Shown here in pieces: positions 37,104 to 42,727 of a DNA stretch of 42,727 bases. This stretch comes from an uncultured Sphingobacteriales bacterium (lineage in GTDB: Bacteria > Bacteroidota > Bacteroidia > Chitinophagales > Chitinophagaceae), in the NCBI GenBank assembly GCA_937888785.1, contig CALASI010000172.1:1-42727 (forward strand), written 5' to 3'. Below the pieces are notes generated by a model, which did not search any database, was not told the DNA's origin, and was given only the letters and a program-made list of their open reading frames with translations. Position 1 is the first letter of the stretch, and the number at the start of each line of letters is the position of its first letter. Both the position numbers and the translations under genes were made by a program.

Positions 37104-39230
37104 TTAGGCGAATCGGATGGGTAAAGTTAGCACAAATTCTGTTCCCATACCCTCTGACGATTGTATTTCAAGATTTCCGTTATGACTTTCAATAATTCCT
37201 TTTACAATTGACATGCCCAGGCCGGTGCCTTCTCCTACGTCCTTGGTTGTAAAAAAAGGCTCATAAATTTTTTTAACCACCTCATCACTCATTCCAATGC
37301 CATTGTCTTTTATTGAAATATTGACACCGGTACCTTGTTGCCAGGAGTTAATGGTGAGTTTTGGCACTTCTCCCGTGGTATAGTTTTTAGCTCCTATTGC
37401 CTGTACCGCGTTGGTAATGATGTTCATAAACACCTGATTAATTTTTCCCGGGGCACATTCTACAAGGCTTAGCTCCTCAAGATTCTTTTCAACAAGCATA
37501 TTTTTTGGAAAAGTATTTCTTATCAGTACCAGTGTAGACTCGATGCCTTCATTCAGATTAACAGCCTTTAAATTGGATTGGTCGAGCCGCACAAAGTTTT
37601 TAAGATTCTTCACTATTTCTGCGGTTCTTGTGGCGCCATCTTTTATGCCCAACAGCAGGGATTTAATTTCCTGCCCAATATAGTCGATGTCAATTTCCTT
37701 TTTAAAAGCATCTATTTTTTCCAATTGAGGTTTAACTTCAATAGAAGGGTTTATATTTTCATATTTCTTTAGCACCTCAAAAATATCGTTTATGTCAAGT
37801 TCCAACGGCCTGATATTGGAAGTAACAAAATTAATCGGGTTATTTATTTCATGTGCAACACCCGCAGTTAACTGGCCGAGCGAAGCCATTTTTTCAGAAT
37901 CGACAAGTTTGGCCTGAGCTAATTTAAGCTGGCTGAGCGTTTGGCTTAAATCGTTATTTGCGTTCTCAAGTTCGCTGGTACGAGCTTTAACCTCTTTTTC
38001 AAGAACGATATTCTGTTCTCGTACCAGTTTTTCATTTTCCTGCGAAACGCGCAGGGCTTCCCGCCGAGCCTGCGCGCGCTCATTCATGTATACATTGATT
38101 TTGTCAGCCAAAGCAAATGAAAGTAACGTGATCTGTATTGCCGCCCCAATTTCCAGAATATAGGCCGTGAATCCATTATAGGGAACGATATTTGCAGTAC
38201 GTAGCACGTAAATTATTACTGCAAGCAGGAATATAGAAAATGCAACTAAAAAATACCTTGCCGGCACATAGTTTTGCCGTACAATTTTGTAAGCAGTAAA
38301 AATGATAAGCGTGCTTCCGGTTGCGGCAAATATATTTACCATATTAAAAGCCAAATATTTAAATCCCAAAAAATGCAGCACCAGGCCTAATAAATAAAGG
38401 GCTATCATTAAATTGATAAGCTTATTGAGACCGGGTGTAAAATACCTGGTTTTTAAAAAGTTTTGAGTAAAAACTCCCGTTGCAACACCCGAAAAAACAC
38501 CACTTAATATAAACCCGTTTGCCGACAACCATTGGCTGTCAGGCCAGAAAAATTTTGCGGCGTACCCGTTTAACACTAATTGTGCCATTCCCACGAAAAA
38601 GATGTAAAAGATGTAATACAGATAACCTTTGTCTTTTACGGTGAGATAGATAAAGAAGTTATAAAAAAACATTACGGCCACAATTCCGAAAAATAAACCA
38701 ACCAGGAGCACATCGCTGAAAATCTGCGCAGAAATGTCCCGGGCGCTTCCAATATAAACCGGTAAATGTATGGGGGTGTTTGAGCGAATGCGAACAAAAA
38801 TGGTAACTGATTGGTTGTTTTTTAAGAATATCGGATAAACATAGTTCGGAATTGCTGTCACCGGCCTTTGTGAATATCTGAAATTTCGGCTAATCTGAAC
38901 TTCGTTAATTATGCGCCCGTTCTCATAGCGATAAAATGTCGCTTCTTCAAGAATTGGATTTTTAATTTCGATGTACAGGGAATCGTAAGAGGATTGATTT
39001 GTGAGGAGGAGCTTTAGCCAAATGGTGTTTTGGGTGATCCCGAAATTACTTTGATGTTTTTTGAATGTTGCATTTACGACATCTCCTGGCTGCAATGAGC
39101 CGGTTTCATCAATAAGTGCATCAAAGGTTTGTATTTGCCGGGTACCTTGTTTATAAAATATTTCGCTGGCGTGGCCTTCACTCCCCCAAAAAATGGGCAA
39201 CAGCAAAATATATAATATTCGATATGGCAT
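37104..39230 (-). CDS. 7TM-DISM sensor histidine kinase
   Basis: Periplasmic DISMED2-like domain (FGITQNTIWLKL), seven TM helices (MFFYNFFIY...SFALADKI), coiled coil, GVAHEINNP, NQVFMNIITNA, FFTTKDVGEGTGLG. Confidence 0.92.
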   Translation of the reverse strand: MPYRILYILLLPIFWGSEGHASEIFYKQGTRQIQTFDALIDETGSLQPGDVVNATFKKHQSNFGITQNTIWLKLLLTNQSSYDSLYIEIKNPILEEATFYRYENGRIINEVQISRNFRYSQRPVTAIPNYVYPIFLKNNQSVTIFVRIRSNTPIHLPVYIGSARDISAQIFSDVLLVGLFFGIVAVMFFYNFFIYLTVKDKGYLYYIFYIFFVGMAQLVLNGYAAKFFWPDSQWLSANGFILSGVFSGVATGVFTQNFLKTRYFTPGLNKLINLMIALYLLGLVLHFLGFKYLAFNMVNIFAATGSTLIIFTAYKIVRQNYVPARYFLVAFSIFLLAVIIYVLRTANIVPYNGFTAYILEIGAAIQITLLSFALADKINVYMNERAQARREALRVSQENEKLVREQNIVLEKEVKARTSELENANNDLSQTLSQLKLAQAKLVDSEKMASLGQLTAGVAHEINNPINFVTSNIRPLELDINDIFEVLKKYENINPSIEVKPQLEKIDAFKKEIDIDYIGQEIKSLLLGIKDGATRTAEIVKNLKNFVRLDQSNLKAVNLNEGIESTLVLIRNTFPKNMLVEKNLEELSLVECAPGKINQVFMNIITNAVQAIGAKNYTTGEVPKLTINSWQQGTGVNISIKDNGIGMSDEVVKKIYEPFFTTKDVGEGTGLGMSIVKGIIESHNGNLEIQSSEGMGTEFVLTLPIRFA

Positions 39231-39249
39231 AAAGTCAAAAGCGTGATAT

Positions 39250-39945
39250 CTATGAGTTTATTTTTATATCATAAAGAGCGTTGAACACCCCTTTAGGGCC
39301 CCGTTCCTCACGAATACAATTTGTATTATTCTTCAAATCTGAAATTTTGGCCGCTACTCTTGCATTGGCAGAGCTTAAATCATTTATGTCATCCAACTTC
39401 ATCACTGTTGCAATGAAATTATCTTTAGGGTAGTAAAAAGTTCCGTTTTTTCCAAGTTCGGTTACCACTTTGGTACCCATAGCCGCCGAAACCCTTACTG
39501 TGGCTGGCGCACATAACACAAAAATGCTTTTTATTTTCAACTGGTATGCTACCGCCACTCCAACCATTGAAAGAATGTGGCTGCCGATGCCCATGCCTGC
39601 AATTTCCTTCGAGTTCCATAATCCGCAAACCTCAGCCGTTCCCCCATTCTCCCTTTCACGCTTAACAAATGCGACCACGCTTGGATCATATTTTTGTATG
39701 GCTTTCTCAATTGGTAAAGCATATTCTTCGCTCGACATCTGTAACCTCGCCCCACCATAAATATTTTTTGTTTCCGCATCTTCGGCAACTATTACAATAC
39801 AGTGCGGGTCATTAACCCACTCGTTGCTATCAGAGGTGATTTTAATGATACCGTAGTATATCTCTAATATTTTGCGGTGACCTGCTATGAATTTTTCACA
39901 GGCCTCAGGGTCTTGCGGCGCCCTAAACGCCCCGACGCGAATCAT
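39250..39945 (-). CDS. Putative GNAT-fold acyltransferase (FeeM/LuxI-like)
   Basis: IVIVAED...IYGGARLQ...LPIEKAI...TAEVCGLWNS...GMGIG follows the acyl-synthase GNAT pattern. Fold is inferred. Confidence 0.55.
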   Translation of the reverse strand: MIRVGAFRAPQDPEACEKFIAGHRKILEIYYGIIKITSDSNEWVNDPHCIVIVAEDAETKNIYGGARLQMSSEEYALPIEKAIQKYDPSVVAFVKRERENGGTAEVCGLWNSKEIAGMGIGSHILSMVGVAVAYQLKIKSIFVLCAPATVRVSAAMGTKVVTELGKNGTFYYPKDNFIATVMKLDDINDLSSANARVAAKISDLKNNTNCIREERGPKGVFNALYDIKINS

Positions 39946-39958
39946 TTCATTTTATTTT

Positions 39959-41071
39959 TTATTTTATCAGTTCATTAAAATGAACAAAAAACCTACCGGA
40001 GTTTGTGAACTTCCCTAATAAGATTCTTCTACAGGCATCGGATACAATGGCAGCCCCAAGTGTAACAGCAGAGGCCAATTGCGGCCAACCTGTTATCGTT
40101 TTATTTAGTTCGGAAAGGGAAACCTTCATTTCCTCTGAAGTATTCTCAAAGCCAATTATTTTAGTTAAATATCCGAATTTTTCCTGAAATGTTAAGTTTT
40201 TGAGATGCATAAAAGTTTGCGTAGGGGTTAGTTTGTTTAATTCTTCCGCTTTGCCGTGAAAAATTGGCCTTGTGGGCTCAAGATCAAATCGCTCCACATC
40301 AAGCATTCCAATATCATTTGTATCCATGATAACCGGAATACCTTTTTCCCTGGCTTTTAGCCTGGAGGCTATCTTTATGTCAAAGCCATCGCATTCTTCT
40401 ACAAGAATACTGGCATTGCCACCGCCACTCAAAAAATCTTCAAGGTTATGTTCACTGATTCCCTCCGGCCAGCATTTCACTTTAATAAAGGGGTCAATCT
40501 CTGCTATTTTTCTAGCGGCAATAACCACTTTTGGTACGCCCAAATCCTGCACACCCGCGCTTAACCGGTTTAAATTACCAAGCTCGAGTGTGTCAAAATC
40601 AGCAAGTCGAAGTTCGCCACAAATTCTTTCAGTTGCAATTGTTTGTGCAATTGACTGGCCAACCGATAACCCGATAATTGCAATTTTTTTCGAACGCAAT
40701 GTTGACTGCTCCTCAGGAGTTATCTTATACATATTGCGGCTCGTTCTTACCGAGATGAACTCCTCTTCACCCAAAAGATGTACTAATCTTTTGTTCCACG
40801 GGTAATACACCCAAACGCCGTAATCATCCGGATCAGTCCCATTGAGATGTTCTACAACCTTTTGTTGTAGCTGTTCTATCGAAAATCTTTCAGAAGGAGT
40901 TTGAGTTTTGATCAGTTCGCCAATTTGCTTTTCAATGGTGTTGAGAACTACAATGGAATCATCTTTTAACAATTCAGTTAGTTTTTCTTTGTCTATTTTT
41001 AAATCAAAAAACTCCGGGCGAAAATCTGTAATATTGATTTTTTTTGCAGCATGTTGTAAAACCTGATCCAT
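39959..41071 (-). CDS. Rv1355c/MoeY-type E1-like (ThiF) adenylyltransferase
   Basis: WVYYPW, RTSRN..KIT.EEQ, IIGLSVG, LRLADFDTLELGNLNR, ERFDLEP.RPIFHG, WPQLAS. Confidence 0.85.
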   Translation of the reverse strand: MDQVLQHAAKKINITDFRPEFFDLKIDKEKLTELLKDDSIVVLNTIEKQIGELIKTQTPSERFSIEQLQQKVVEHLNGTDPDDYGVWVYYPWNKRLVHLLGEEEFISVRTSRNMYKITPEEQSTLRSKKIAIIGLSVGQSIAQTIATERICGELRLADFDTLELGNLNRLSAGVQDLGVPKVVIAARKIAEIDPFIKVKCWPEGISEHNLEDFLSGGGNASILVEECDGFDIKIASRLKAREKGIPVIMDTNDIGMLDVERFDLEPTRPIFHGKAEELNKLTPTQTFMHLKNLTFQEKFGYLTKIIGFENTSEEMKVSLSELNKTITGWPQLASAVTLGAAIVSDACRRILLGKFTNSGRFFVHFNELIK

Positions 41072-41114
41072 TTAAATTAATTTTGGTGAAATAACCGCAA
41101 TTTAATTACTATTT

Positions 41115-41579
41115 GTGAATCAAAGCAAATCAAAAATATTGTATATAGATGATGAGGAACATAACCTCAACTCGTTTAAAGCTGTTTTCCGGCGGGACTA
41201 TGAAGTTTTTACTGCCATTTGTGCTGTGGACGGCTTCAAGATGTTAGAAGATCACGAAATACATGTAATTATAACCGACCAACGAATGCCAGATATGACG
41301 GGTATTGAGTTTTTGGAGGCAGTGATTCCTAAATACCCTGATCCTCCAAGAATACTCCTTACGGGATATGCCGACATTGACGCAGTTATCGATGCCATAA
41401 ATAAGGGAAGCGTGTATAAATACGTACAAAAGCCCTGGGACGAAAGCGAATTGAGGACAACTATAAATACCGCTTTAGAGTTGTATGCATTGAAAAAGAA
41501 GAAAGAAGAGCTGACCGAGAAGCTAATAGTAACAAACGAACAACTAGAATTTTTATTAAGGCAAAACCTTTTGTCATAA
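41115..41579 (+). CDS. Response regulator (REC + short coiled-coil tail)
   Basis: LYIDDEEHNL, ITDQRMP, LLTGY, KPW; tail LEFLLRQNLLS with no DNA-binding domain. Confidence 0.88.
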   Translation: MNQSKSKILYIDDEEHNLNSFKAVFRRDYEVFTAICAVDGFKMLEDHEIHVIITDQRMPDMTGIEFLEAVIPKYPDPPRILLTGYADIDAVIDAINKGSVYKYVQKPWDESELRTTINTALELYALKKKKEELTEKLIVTNEQLEFLLRQNLLS

Positions 41580-41665
41580 CGCAATTTATTTTAAAAACCA
41601 GTGGATAATTTGTTTATACCCCGTTAAAATACCATTTTTGCTGCGGAAATATAAACAGCCCGGCA

Positions 41666-42286
41666 ATGATTGTACAAAAAAATGTTTTCCCATTCAAGGG
41701 ATTAGTTTTCCTATTTATATTCTCGCTATTTGCGCCGTCAACCGGTGCAAATAATGAACCTTCGAAAAACAAGCCCAAGAAATCCGCATCAAAAGTGGGG
41801 TACAACGCACACTTGCGCACTTCCGCAGGTTATGGAATTTCGCCCATTGCAAATTCGAAGCACCTTAATTCTTACGTAAAAAAGAGTAAACTTACTCCGG
41901 CAAAATGTAGTAAAGGTTGTACGATAAACAAACTCACTTACAGCAAAGCGTACTTAGTTCCCAAGGCTAATAAGGTGATGAATGAAATTGCAAAATCGTT
42001 TTATGCTAAAACTAAAAGTTCTTTTACTGTTACTTCAATGACACGCACGCTGGCCGATCAGCATCGGTTAAGAAAAGTAAACGGCAATGCCAAACACGGG
42101 CTTAGCTCCCACAACTTTGGCTCTTCTTATGATATTTCCTACATCAGGTTCAACGGTAAAAAGGCGCCAAACCCCCGGCTTGAAAAGGCATTGGAAGCTA
42201 TTTTGGCTCAATATCAGCGCCAGGGGAAAATTTATTACATCAAGGAAAAATGGCAAAATTGTTTTCACGTAACTGTAAGAAGTTGA
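41666..42286 (+). CDS. DUF5715-like exported protein (M15/LAS metallopeptidase-like motifs)
   Basis: Signal peptide, TSMTRT..DQ, SSHNFGSSYDISY (H-x6-D), E...CFHVTVR. Confidence 0.7.
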   Translation: MIVQKNVFPFKGLVFLFIFSLFAPSTGANNEPSKNKPKKSASKVGYNAHLRTSAGYGISPIANSKHLNSYVKKSKLTPAKCSKGCTINKLTYSKAYLVPKANKVMNEIAKSFYAKTKSSFTVTSMTRTLADQHRLRKVNGNAKHGLSSHNFGSSYDISYIRFNGKKAPNPRLEKALEAILAQYQRQGKIYYIKEKWQNCFHVTVRS

Positions 42287-42291
42287 GCTGC

Positions 42292-42651
42292 TCAATTCTT
42301 TAAAGCGGCCATCAACGCCTCAACCGTTTTCTTTTCGTTTCCTACAAAGATTTTTTTGCCGGTTATTACAACAGGCCTTTTCAAAAAAGTATATTCTTCT
42401 AAAATGTACTTCCGATAATCTTTTTCGGTCAGGGTTTTATTCTTTAGTCCAAGTTCTTTGTATTTTAATGCCCTCCGGCTAAACAAAGATTCATAACTAC
42501 CTGAAAAGGACTTCAGTTCGTCAAGCTGTTTACCGGTAACTTTTTCGGTCTTAATATCATGCAATTCAAAACCAGTTTCAGCGCCGATGGCTGCATCTTT
42601 CATGATCTTTCTGCAGGTGTCACAAGTGCTTAAATAATATATCTTTTTCAT
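42292..42651 (-). CDS. ArsC/Spx/MgsR family protein
   Basis: IYYLSTCDTCRK, FLKRPV. Confidence 0.88.
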   Translation of the reverse strand: MKKIYYLSTCDTCRKIMKDAAIGAETGFELHDIKTEKVTGKQLDELKSFSGSYESLFSRRALKYKELGLKNKTLTEKDYRKYILEEYTFLKRPVVITGKKIFVGNEKKTVEALMAALKN

Positions 42652-42727
42652 TTTATAATTTGCACCCTCTAACTTTTAACATCTTAACATTTAAGCAATA
42701 TCTCATTGTTTATATCTTCCGCTTTTA

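Overview
42.7 kb of a Bacteroidota chromosome, probably Chitinophagaceae-like. The evidence is gldC, TAnnTTTG promoters, Bacteroidetes-type IS ends and no obvious Shine-Dalgarno sites. Most of it is housekeeping or accessory genes: yqeY, gldC, recQ, tsaC, CCA enzyme, imuA-imuB-dnaE2, PadR-PspC and recA. Three IS scars each sit directly against an orphan 3' gene fragment. Two regions stand out. (1) A 1.1 kb gap with no long ORF (28463-29576) appears to encode two paralogous sRNAs, each with its own promoter and terminator and sharing a 64-nt identical 3' part. They flank an oppositely oriented RNA with three sites complementary to that shared part, next to an uncharacterised 520-aa helical protein. 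(2) A six-gene module (35543-41579) joins an Rv1355c/MoeY-type E1-like enzyme and a FeeM/LuxI-like acyltransferase to a 7TM-DISM sensor kinase phosphorelay, which looks like a make-and-sense signalling system. CTAA-N5-TTAG SOS boxes occur as pairs 23 bp apart before both imuA and recA. All family calls come from recognising motifs by eye; no searches were run.
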